From Elusimicrobiota bacterium (GTDB taxonomy: Bacteria > Elusimicrobiota > Elusimicrobia > F11): a stretch of DNA of 24,000 nt. Below the pieces are notes generated by a model, which saw only the letters and a program-made list of their open reading frames with translations, was not told the origin of the DNA and made no database searches. Of the stretch, positions 8,087 to 16,095 are shown piece by piece; the stretch's first letter is position 1; the number at the start of each line of letters is the position of its first letter. The stretch lies in NCBI GenBank assembly GCA_043732015.1, contig JAYTIE010000270.1, positions 25,954 to 49,953 on the forward strand, in the 5' to 3' direction. Position numbers and translations under genes: made by a program.

Positions 8087-8746
8087 ATGACGGAAACCAT
8101 TTTCATCACGGGCGCCACCGGCTACATGGGGCAGGCCCTCGTCCCCGGCCTTTTGAAACGCGGGCACCGGGTTCGCGCGCTCGTGCGTCCCGGTTCAGCG
8201 TCCCGGCTGCCGCCGGGGTGCGAAGCGGTGCCGGGCGACGCCCGTGACGCCGCCACTTTTGCCTCGGCAGTGGCCGGTTGCACCGCGTTCATTCAACTGG
8301 TGGGCGTTTCTCATCCGGGTCCGGCGAAGGCGAAACAATTTCAGCTGGTGGACCGCGTGGCGGGACTGGGCGCCGTCGAGGCGGCCCGGCGAGCGGGCGT
8401 TCGCCACTTCGTCTATCTTAGCGTGGCCCAGCCGGCGCCCGTCATGGGCGCGTACATCGCCGTGCGCGCGGAAGTGGAGGCCGCCCTGCAGCGCAGCGGC
8501 ATTCCCTCGACCGTGCTGCGTCCCTGGTATGTGATCGGTCCCGGCCACCGCTGGCCCCTGCTTATCCTTCCGGTCCTGTGGGTTCTGGAGCGCATTCCGG
8601 CGACGCGCGCCTCCGCTCAGCGGCTCGGATTTGTTTCAATCGGTCAGATGACGTCGGCGCTGCTGAACGCCATCGAGCGCCCGGCCGCGGCTGGCGTCAG
8701 AATCTGGGATGTGCCGGCGATCCGGCGTGGAGGAAAAGATGAGTGA
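8087..8746 (+). CDS. NAD(P)H-binding atypical SDR / NmrA-like oxidoreductase
   Basis: Trimmed to ATG 8087. The sequence MTETIFITGATGYMGQALVPGLLKRGHRVRALVR is a classic TGxxGxxG Rossmann N-terminus of the NAD(P)-binding (NAD_binding_10-like) family. Confidence 0.75.
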   Translation: MTETIFITGATGYMGQALVPGLLKRGHRVRALVRPGSASRLPPGCEAVPGDARDAATFASAVAGCTAFIQLVGVSHPGPAKAKQFQLVDRVAGLGAVEAARRAGVRHFVYLSVAQPAPVMGAYIAVRAEVEAALQRSGIPSTVLRPWYVIGPGHRWPLLILPVLWVLERIPATRASAQRLGFVSIGQMTSALLNAIERPAAAGVRIWDVPAIRRGGKDE

Positions 8747-9059
8747 GATGACCGTTGTGGCACGGGCCCGGGCGAAGAAAGGATGTGAAAAGGGTGTAGA
8801 GTCCGCGCTTCGCGCCTGCGTCGCCGAGACTCACAAGGAAAAGGGCTGCCTCCGCTACACGCTGCACCGCGGCGCCGAAGATCCCGCTCTTTTCGTCGTC
8901 GTGGAACGCTGGGCTTCCCTCGCCGATCACGAAGCCCACATGAAGACGCCGCACGTCGCTGCTTTGTTTGCCGCCGTTCCGTCGCTCGTCGCGGAATCCC
9001 CGGAGATTCTCGTGCTGTCGCCTTTCGACGCCGGTCTCCCGGAAAAAGGCCGGCTTTAA
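8739..9059 (+). CDS. antibiotic-biosynthesis-monooxygenase (ABM) domain protein, YgiN-like putative quinol monooxygenase
   Basis: ATG 8739 with GGAGG at 8729-8733, and an 8-nt overlap with the SDR gene. VVARARAKKG...ETHKEKGCLRYTLHR...PALFVVVERWASLADHEAHMKTPH is the ferredoxin-like ABM signature. Confidence 0.75.
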   Translation: MSEMTVVARARAKKGCEKGVESALRACVAETHKEKGCLRYTLHRGAEDPALFVVVERWASLADHEAHMKTPHVAALFAAVPSLVAESPEILVLSPFDAGLPEKGRL

Positions 9060-9940
9060 GGAAGCGCCGGCGCCGGACAGACGGCGTCGGGAAGTTTCTT
9101 CAGGGCCAGGCCGTCGGGATCGTTCAGGTAAAGCGAGACCGGCAGTTCGATCATCCGAGCGGCGTTACAGGCTTCCTCCTTCTCCGCATCGCTCCTAACG
9201 TAGAACAGTCCGGTGACGCGGAGATTTTTACCGCCCGACTGAACCGCCATGTCGCTTCGCCGGCGGATTTCCAGCCAGAACTCGGGCGTTCCCGTCACCG
9301 CATCTTCTATCACGACGCCATCCACCTTTCCCCGCCAGCGCGGAATGCCCTCGGTGCCGTTGTTCACGTAAACCGTTCCGCCGTGGGTCCAGCCTTTCAG
9401 GGAGCGCACCAGCCGGTCCATCCCCGCCATCACGCGCGTTTCGGTTTTCGCCGTGAACACATCCACCGGAACGAGAACGGTGTCGGCAAACACGCCGTCC
9501 ATTCCCATTTCGTGAATGGCGCGCGCCTGCGCGCGGACGCGTTGGCGCCAGGTCCGGTCGCCCGGGTTCACATAGTAAGAGCCCCACTCCGCATTGGAGT
9601 CCGCGACATGGTCGGGCCCGATCGTCTTGAATCCGGCACCCGTGTATTCATCCAGATACCAGGACGCCTGTCCTCCCGGACCCCGGCCGTTTCCCCGGCG
9701 GAGGGCGTCGTCCTCGCCCAGCGAAACATAGCCAAGCACCCGGGAAACGCCCGCGGCTTTCAGGGTAGCGACATCGGCTTTGGTGTAGTGCGCGGGCTGG
9801 AGAATGACGGTGTCGAAGCGGGAGAGTTCATCGAGGCGGCCCACGCCGTAATAGCAGGCGAGGCCGGTGCCGGCGCGGGCGTTTGAAGACAGGGAGAAGG
9901 TCAGTGCGGCGAGAAGGGCGCTTGCGAGCGCGCGTTTCAC
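9056..9940 (-). CDS. secreted PelA-hydrolase-like glycoside hydrolase (GH114/GH166-type TIM barrel, endo-alpha-1,4-(N-acetyl)galactosaminidase-like)
   Basis: Track ORF 9056..10354 trimmed to GTG 9940, which overlaps the pelG stop as GTGA. Signal peptide VKRALASALLAALTFSLSSNARA/G. ACYYG...FDTVILQP...VLGYVSLGE...WGSYYVNPGDRTWRQRV...GMDGVFADTV matches the GH114/PelA-hydrolase layout (YlS.GE..., W.....i......G.DGvf.D.vD). Confidence 0.7.
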   Translation of the reverse strand: MKRALASALLAALTFSLSSNARAGTGLACYYGVGRLDELSRFDTVILQPAHYTKADVATLKAAGVSRVLGYVSLGEDDALRRGNGRGPGGQASWYLDEYTGAGFKTIGPDHVADSNAEWGSYYVNPGDRTWRQRVRAQARAIHEMGMDGVFADTVLVPVDVFTAKTETRVMAGMDRLVRSLKGWTHGGTVYVNNGTEGIPRWRGKVDGVVIEDAVTGTPEFWLEIRRRSDMAVQSGGKNLRVTGLFYVRSDAEKEEACNAARMIELPVSLYLNDPDGLALKKLPDAVCPAPALP

Positions 9941-11334
9941 CGGCCGGTGCCGGAATTGATGAAGAAGATGTGACGGCTCAGGTTCGCGATTCCGTTGCGG
10001 AGGACGAGCCACGACGCCACCGTGCAGATGGCGATGGCGGCCAGGTAGCCCCAGCCGAATCCCAGCCACGGAGCCTGCGTCGCGTTCAGCCAGGTGAGGC
10101 CCGTGTTCAGCACGAAGAAAAGAACGGCCATGCCCAGCGCGCGGAGACGGAATTCGAAATAGAGAAGAAGGATCAGGTGAATCCAGAACAGCACTTGGAA
10201 GAAGGCGGCGCCGATCAGAACGCGGAAAATGTTCACCGTTGTTTCGTCGAGGCCCAGCCGGCGCAGCAGGAAGCTGCCGATAAAAAGACCGACCACTCCG
10301 ACGACAAGTTCGAGTTCGAAGAGGTTGTTCATGTGACGCTTCAGATTTTTCCACAGCTCATCCCGCTGTTCTTCGACGAGGCGGAGCGAGCTGCGCTCCA
10401 GGTGCTCGAGATAATCGCGGTAGTCGTAGTAGAAACGGGTTTCCACCATGACGAGGAAATAGGAGATCGCCGGCATCATGATCAGGTAGGACAGGAAGGT
10501 GGCGATGTCGTACGGCGGGAAAATCCGCATGCGGCTTCCATCCACGATGTGCCCAGTGATGTGCCAGAGCAGGAATTTATCGATCCACGTTCCCAGGTTG
10601 TAGAGGAATCCGATCGCGGCCAGCGAGGAGAAGGTTTTTCCGTAGGAGAAGAGGAACGTGGGACTGAACGGTTCGATCTCCGAAGCGCCCTCGGGCTTGC
10701 GCATCGAGGCGATCAGCAGCCCGACGAACGCCAGCAGCAGTCCGCCCGCGAATCCGGAAAGAAGGCCATCCAGTCCCTGATGGCGGAGAATGAAGGCGAG
10801 AATCACGGACACGATACAGCCACCCGCGAACACGAAAAACGACGTCGCGTAACGCTTCTGGAAATCGAGATAGGCGAGCGAGCACCAGGCGCCGGTCAGA
10901 GAGGCAAACAGGATGGCGGTGGCCACCTGATAGAGCCACGAGTTGCCCAGCTCAACCGGAAAGAAGTGCCGGGCGCCCATCATGCCGATGACGAGCGACA
11001 GGGGAACCAGGATGAGCTGAACCATGGCCAGGGCGCGGCGCTGGTCCATGTGCCCCAGGAAACTCCGGTCCGCCAGGTAGCGGCTGAACACCATGAACAA
11101 GGGGCCCGTCGCGAGCAGGGATCCAGCGAAAATGTACATGACGGTGGACGTGAAGAAAACCATGTCCGGCAGGCCGAGAAAACGCTGCCCGATCAGGCTC
11201 ACGAAGCCGACCGCGAAAATGGTGGCGAGCCAGGGACCGACCGAGAGCGCCAGCGAATAGCCGAACACCCGCGCAACGGTCACATAGCTGGATCCGCGCT
11301 GGAGGCGCTTCAGTTCTAAACCGATGCCGGCCAT
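9937..11334 (-). CDS. pelG: Pel polysaccharide export/polymerisation membrane protein PelG (MOP/PST-like, about 12 TM)
   Basis: The N-terminus MAGIGLELKRLQRGSSYVTVARVFGYSLALSVGPWL is nearly the conserved PelG N-terminus (P. aeruginosa MAGIGFEL...). The protein is hydrophobic throughout. Its start overlaps the end of pelF by 19 nt. Confidence 0.85.
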   Translation of the reverse strand: MAGIGLELKRLQRGSSYVTVARVFGYSLALSVGPWLATIFAVGFVSLIGQRFLGLPDMVFFTSTVMYIFAGSLLATGPLFMVFSRYLADRSFLGHMDQRRALAMVQLILVPLSLVIGMMGARHFFPVELGNSWLYQVATAILFASLTGAWCSLAYLDFQKRYATSFFVFAGGCIVSVILAFILRHQGLDGLLSGFAGGLLLAFVGLLIASMRKPEGASEIEPFSPTFLFSYGKTFSSLAAIGFLYNLGTWIDKFLLWHITGHIVDGSRMRIFPPYDIATFLSYLIMMPAISYFLVMVETRFYYDYRDYLEHLERSSLRLVEEQRDELWKNLKRHMNNLFELELVVGVVGLFIGSFLLRRLGLDETTVNIFRVLIGAAFFQVLFWIHLILLLYFEFRLRALGMAVLFFVLNTGLTWLNATQAPWLGFGWGYLAAIAICTVASWLVLRNGIANLSRHIFFINSGTGR

Positions 11335-12746
11335 GCCGCCTCCTGCGTGAGGGAAAGGTAAAGGGTCTGGAACGCGTGTAACGTCCGCGAAACGTCGAAT
11401 CCGGTCACGCGCTCGCGGCCCGCTTCCACCATCCGGTGGCGAAGCGCCGGATCGTCGTGAAGACGGCGGATGGAACGCACGAGCTGGTTCAGGTCGCGCG
11501 GAGGCACCACCTGTCCGATGCCGCTCAGCAGGTCCGGGATGCCGCCGCTCCGGGTGGCGACCATGGGAACACCCGAGGCCATAGCTTCCAGCACCGTCAG
11601 GGGCTGGACTTCCTTCAGGCTGCAGAGCACCAGGAGATCGAGATCGGCGTAGCAGTCGGCCGGATCCTTGAGGCCTTCGAAGCGGATCACGTTCTCAAGG
11701 CCCCGGCTGGACACCAGCGCGCGGCATTCGCGTTCGTAAACGGGATCTTCGACGGGTCCGATGATCGCGACCTGGAGATCGGGAATGCCGGGGAGAAGTT
11801 CGGCGGCCGCCATGATCAGAAGCTTGATGTCTTTCACGGGCGCCACGCGGCCGACCAGGCCCACGCGGAATCCTTCATGCGCTTTGCGAGGCGCCGCGGC
11901 GAATTTTTCGATGCGGATTCCGTTCGGGATGATCCGCGTGTTGCGCGGATCGGCGCCCATATCCACCTGATGCCGGCGAATGAATTCAGCGAGTGAGGTG
12001 ACGTGGTCGGCCTGCTGGTAGGCCCAGCGGCTGACCCACTCGAAAAAGGTTTCGACGGCCTTCCGTTGTCCGCCCTGAAGGAAATCGTGGAAGGCGACTT
12101 CCATCTGGCGTTCCTGCAGATAAAGGCCGTGCTCGCTGATCACGAGCGGCTTGTTGTAGCGCAGCTTGGCAAAACAGCCGAGGAGACCGGCGTAACCGGT
12201 GGCGGCGCTGTGATAGATGTCGGCTTCGGGAAGTTTCGTGCGGATGAGGCGGACCACGCCGCGCGCCATCGTTTCCCACACCCAGAAGAAGCGCGCGATG
12301 GAATCTTCCTCGCCGGTCAGCGCGTACAGGCGCGAGATGAGATCCCAGAAGACGCCGTTGTTGAGCAGATCGTTTTCGTCGAGCGGCGAGGCTTCGATGC
12401 GGCGGACCAGCGGAAGAAGCCGGGAGAAATCGTTGTTCTGCAGTCCGTCAAACGCCGCGCCGAAAGCGTCCGCCACCGGTTTCACGGAGGCGCGCGAGCG
12501 GAAGCGGCTCATCACCGTCCGCTTGGCTTTCGAGGGATTCAGATTGATGGTGATGACGCCCTTCACATTCGAGGGAAGCGGGAATTCGTAATCGCGCGCG
12601 GTCCGGTCCCGGTCGGTCAGCGCGACGATGGTGAAATCCTGGTTGGGCGACCCCAGGATGAGCTCGTGCGTCCAGACGGAAACGCCGCCCTTCACATAGG
12701 GATAGGTTCCTTCCAGGATCAGGCAGACGTGTTTGCGCGCGCTCAT
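11316..12746 (-). CDS. pelF: Pel glycosyltransferase PelF (DUF3492-type N-domain plus GT4 GT-B fold)
   Basis: VCLILEGTYPYVKGGVSVWTHELI is the PelF/DUF3492 signature. The C-terminal GT4 motifs are GRVAPVKDI..., the LLVLCSLKEVQPLTVLEAMASGVPMVATRSGGIPDL segment with an E..-7-E-like motif, and DDPALRHRM. Start set at ATG 12746, which overlaps the upstream stop as ATGA. Confidence 0.9.
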   Translation of the reverse strand: MSARKHVCLILEGTYPYVKGGVSVWTHELILGSPNQDFTIVALTDRDRTARDYEFPLPSNVKGVITINLNPSKAKRTVMSRFRSRASVKPVADAFGAAFDGLQNNDFSRLLPLVRRIEASPLDENDLLNNGVFWDLISRLYALTGEEDSIARFFWVWETMARGVVRLIRTKLPEADIYHSAATGYAGLLGCFAKLRYNKPLVISEHGLYLQERQMEVAFHDFLQGGQRKAVETFFEWVSRWAYQQADHVTSLAEFIRRHQVDMGADPRNTRIIPNGIRIEKFAAAPRKAHEGFRVGLVGRVAPVKDIKLLIMAAAELLPGIPDLQVAIIGPVEDPVYERECRALVSSRGLENVIRFEGLKDPADCYADLDLLVLCSLKEVQPLTVLEAMASGVPMVATRSGGIPDLLSGIGQVVPPRDLNQLVRSIRRLHDDPALRHRMVEAGRERVTGFDVSRTLHAFQTLYLSLTQEAAWPASV

Positions 12747-14884
12747 GGTTTCAGTCTCCGGCGCGCGCGGGACAAGGTCCACAGCGGGAAAGCGAAGAGC
12801 GAGAACGCGAGCAGCGGCAGCCCGGCGCGCCGCGCGGCGCCCGCGGTGGCGGTCGTCGGCGAGATGCGGACGGTGTCGTGGCCCGATCCGTCGAAATGGA
12901 AGTGCGCCACGCCATTCGCGACGCCGGCGATGGCGACGTAGGGCCGCTGGCCGTTGGTGTCGTCCGCTGCGGTCACACGCAGTTCATAGGCGCCCTTTTT
13001 CGGAACGCGAACATCAAGCTCAGTCCGTCCAAAGGACCTGGTTTCGAGAAGGAGCGTGTCACCTTCCGTCTCCCTCGCATCCACCCAGCCGGCGGCGGAA
13101 ACGACGCTCGCCTGCGCCTGCGGCTGGCTGGAAAGCGCGATCACATGCCGATGGGAGCCATCCAGGAACACGTAAAGTTTTCCGTTCCGGTCGGCGAACC
13201 CGACCACGTTTTCAGAGCGGCTGAAGTCCACGCTCTCGCCCGGTTTGGAGAACACGACCGTCCGGCAGTCGCCCGCGTTGGAAACCACGGTGCGCCCGTC
13301 ATCGTCGCGCGCCAGGGCCGCCGTCTGGAAATCGCTGACGAGTTTCGTGTAGTCGGACACGAGCACGGGAGACACTTCGTGGCGGGTGGCCCAGTCGAAC
13401 ACCGAACACAGGGCCCGCAGGGACTTCACGGATTCACCGCTGTAGAAATGGAAGTAGGCGTGCGCGGGCGTTTCCGGCTGCGCGGCCGTCCGCTCGAAGG
13501 TCTCGATGATGTTCTGGTAACCGTCGAGGTGATCCTTGGACCAGCCGGAGGTGAGGTCGAAGTCGTTCGAAGCCCGGTGATAGAACTGCATCATTCCGTC
13601 GATGCGGCGGGTCATGGGAGAAAGATGGGTGCGGGACGGATACAGCTGGTCAAATCGGTTCGTGAATCCGGTGTCTCCGTTGAGGCCGTTGATGTTCGCG
13701 ACGCCGAGCGCGGACAGGCGACGCAGCGCTTCCGCCGGTGGATTCGCGAGCGAGCTCCAGGTGAACAGCGCGACTTTTTTTCCTTCCGGCATTACGCGCT
13801 CATTCATGGTCGTGATGGATCCGTCAATTTCCGCCGCCAGGTCCACGGTGGGCGCCGACCAGTCGAGCGGGTGCGACGCGCTGTGGCTGGCCGCTTCCAC
13901 GTGGGGCAGCGCGAACATGGCGCGCGCAATGCCGAGTGCGCGCGAATCGCGATCAAGATCGCTGGACACCACGGAGACGGAAATGGGCATGCGGTAAACC
14001 GACAGGATTCTTTCGAGAATCACCTGTCCGCAGAGAATTCCCGATTCCGATGGAGACAGGAAGCCGTCGCCGTCGATGTGCGCCATCCAGAGCCGGCGGC
14101 CGTTCAACGTGGCCGCTTCAAAATGCGGATCGGATTCGAGACCCAGTGTTTCCGTCAGGAAGGCGTAGGGATCAAGATGCCAGCGCTGTTTGGTGAGGTC
14201 CGCCTGGCGGTATTCGTAGAGAAGATAGTCGCGCGCGGCGTAGCCGCCGGTCTTCGTGGCGAGGACGGGCGTGCTTTTTCCGTCGGCCAGATCGGTCCGG
14301 TTCAGCGTGAGATAGGCGGTGGCGTCGGCGCTGAGAGCCAGAACCTGATGGTATGAGCCCACGCTGGCGGCGGTAAATGGCTCTTCGAATGAAAGCAGAG
14401 GAGCGGCGCTGACGAGAGAAATGCGGTCCGGGTCCGCGGTTCCGAATCCTTCGTAGCGAAGTCCCAGCGCGGTCAGTGACCGGTTGAGATCCTGATGGCT
14501 GAGGAAATTTCCGGAAGCACGGTCCCGCATCGCGCCGATTTCTCCGAACACGACGAACTTCCGGCCGGCAGCGGTCTGGCGGTTCATCCAGGCGAGGTAG
14601 TCCTTCGCGTTCGTCATCACCGGGCCGCGGAAGAACGTCACGACGCCGCGGTAGGGGCTCATGTCGGCGGGCAAAGCATTGTCGGCGTCCGCGTAATCCA
14701 CCGCGAGACCCAGCGATTCGAGAGGTTGTTCCAGCAGTGACGCGGTCTGGTTGTGCGCGGCGGAATCGCCTTCGGAGCTCTTGTAGAGCGCCAGCACGCG
14801 ACGCTTGATTTCCGTCGGCTGAGCCTGCGCGGCGGCGACGCAGGCCAGCGCGGCGCCGAGAAGGATGAGGCGGCGGATCATCAT
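12743..14884 (-). CDS. PelA-like periplasmic polysaccharide deacetylase (CE4-type) lacking the hydrolase domain, with a C-terminal TM anchor
   Basis: Signal peptide MMIRRLILLGAALACVAAAQA/QP. CE4-like metal and catalytic motifs WMAHIDGDGF (about 14063-14080) and EAASHSASHPLDW (H-S-x-x-H at 13871-13885). An N-terminal alpha/beta domain and a C-terminal beta-sandwich-like region parallel the reductase-like, deacetylase and jelly-roll regions of PelA. The last 30 aa form a hydrophobic helix followed by RARRRLKP. Confidence 0.65.
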   Translation of the reverse strand: MMIRRLILLGAALACVAAAQAQPTEIKRRVLALYKSSEGDSAAHNQTASLLEQPLESLGLAVDYADADNALPADMSPYRGVVTFFRGPVMTNAKDYLAWMNRQTAAGRKFVVFGEIGAMRDRASGNFLSHQDLNRSLTALGLRYEGFGTADPDRISLVSAAPLLSFEEPFTAASVGSYHQVLALSADATAYLTLNRTDLADGKSTPVLATKTGGYAARDYLLYEYRQADLTKQRWHLDPYAFLTETLGLESDPHFEAATLNGRRLWMAHIDGDGFLSPSESGILCGQVILERILSVYRMPISVSVVSSDLDRDSRALGIARAMFALPHVEAASHSASHPLDWSAPTVDLAAEIDGSITTMNERVMPEGKKVALFTWSSLANPPAEALRRLSALGVANINGLNGDTGFTNRFDQLYPSRTHLSPMTRRIDGMMQFYHRASNDFDLTSGWSKDHLDGYQNIIETFERTAAQPETPAHAYFHFYSGESVKSLRALCSVFDWATRHEVSPVLVSDYTKLVSDFQTAALARDDDGRTVVSNAGDCRTVVFSKPGESVDFSRSENVVGFADRNGKLYVFLDGSHRHVIALSSQPQAQASVVSAAGWVDARETEGDTLLLETRSFGRTELDVRVPKKGAYELRVTAADDTNGQRPYVAIAGVANGVAHFHFDGSGHDTVRISPTTATAGAARRAGLPLLAFSLFAFPLWTLSRARRRLKP

Positions 14885-16095
14885 TCGCCGAACCTCACTT
14901 CGACGCTGGTGTCGAGGCGATTTTCAGAATAGTCCTGGCTGAAGCGGCCGTTGGAATCCAGGTGATAGAGTTCGCCGCGCAGCGACACGTTGCGGTTCGC
15001 GCGCCATTTCACGCCGCCGCGGAGGGACTGTTCGTAGCGGCCTTCGTCGTTGACGCCGGCCGTGAATTCCGCGAGGTAGCCCCAGCGCTCGGCGGCCGTC
15101 ATCGGACGGCCCGGCAGGGCTTCGAACGGCGCGCGTTCGAAATTGCGCGTCAACCGGAGGCGGCCGAACATGAGGTGATAATAGGCGGGCGACCAGTAAG
15201 TCGGTCTCTCGTCGGCGTAGGACGTCGTTTCGATGCCGGCGGACGCCGTCAGCCCAATTTTTTTGGAAATCGTGTAGCCGGCTTCGCCGCCGAAGCCCGC
15301 GCGCGTGTTGTGATCGCTCAGCCAGGCGCCGGTCGCAAAGCCGTCGATCCACCAGCGCGGGAGAAGCTGATAGAAAAGCCCGATACCCGCCTGCCAGAGC
15401 GCGAGCCGGTCCCGAACGTTGACGAGGCGCTCCCACATGTCGCGATGCGCCACGTCGAGCGTAATGCCGAGCCGGGATCCGATGCCCCCGGAGAGGCGCG
15501 CATCGCCATTCCAGTCGCCATGCAGCCCGTCGTAACGGTCTCTCTCCAGGCCTTCCTGAAGGAGCCAGCCCTTCGGCAGAAGGTGGGCGCCGTCGATGCG
15601 CCACGCTTCGCCGTAAATCCGGTCGTTGTCATCACGGAAGCGCAGGCGCGCGCCGGACGCCTGAAGCCGCGTGTGGCTCGAGATGAAAACGAAGGCGCCG
15701 CCGGAGAACGCTTCCCGGCGGATTTCAAGGCTGTCCCAGGAACGCGTGTAACCCGCGAACACACCGGGACGGCGGTCCGTGTTGTCGCGAGAGGATCCGT
15801 CGTTGGTGCCTTCCTCTTCGAGTTCGAGCGCGGCTTCGGCTTCTTCCACGTCGCCCTGGCCGGTGGAATCCAGCGCGCTGCCCGCGTCACCGCCCCGGAT
15901 CCAGTTAAGGTTGTCGCGGAAACGGGCGTCTTCGATGCCGTCACTGGAGCGGTGATTGACCGCCAGCGGCTCTTCCGGCGAAATATTGTACCCGCCGGAA
16001 CCGGGAGGGAAAATGGCTTCAATCATCATCGGGATGGCCATGCTCATTCCGAGGAGAATGAGAAAGATGCCGGCCAGTCCGGCGCGGCGTCTCAT
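14881..16095 (-). CDS. putative outer-membrane beta-barrel (porin-like) export protein
   Basis: N-terminal hydrophobic signal or anchor (AGLAGIFLILLGMSMAIPMMIEA) and an acidic low-complexity linker (GDVEEAEAALELEEEGTNDGSS). About 300 aa of alternating amphipathic strands with aromatic girdles follow (GFGGEAGYTISKKIGLTASAGIETTSY, VSLRGELYHL, RLDTSVEVRFGE). ATGA coupling at both ends. No family is recognised; it may be analogous to the PelB C-terminal porin. Confidence 0.5.
   Translation of the reverse strand: MRRRAGLAGIFLILLGMSMAIPMMIEAIFPPGSGGYNISPEEPLAVNHRSSDGIEDARFRDNLNWIRGGDAGSALDSTGQGDVEEAEAALELEEEGTNDGSSRDNTDRRPGVFAGYTRSWDSLEIRREAFSGGAFVFISSHTRLQASGARLRFRDDNDRIYGEAWRIDGAHLLPKGWLLQEGLERDRYDGLHGDWNGDARLSGGIGSRLGITLDVAHRDMWERLVNVRDRLALWQAGIGLFYQLLPRWWIDGFATGAWLSDHNTRAGFGGEAGYTISKKIGLTASAGIETTSYADERPTYWSPAYYHLMFGRLRLTRNFERAPFEALPGRPMTAAERWGYLAEFTAGVNDEGRYEQSLRGGVKWRANRNVSLRGELYHLDSNGRFSQDYSENRLDTSVEVRFGE

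Noticed and set aside
9941-10354. N-terminal 138-aa extension of the hydrolase ORF (track 9056..10354).
   Set aside because: It overlaps the PelG coding frame and is Arg/Pro-rich junk. A signal peptide begins exactly at the GTG (9940) that forms a GTGA junction with the pelG stop.
14881-16095. Considered calling the 404-aa protein PelB or PelC outright.
   Set aside because: It is far shorter than PelB, has no TPR region and no lipobox as in PelC. Only a generic beta-barrel pattern is supported, so it is reported as an unassigned OM barrel candidate.
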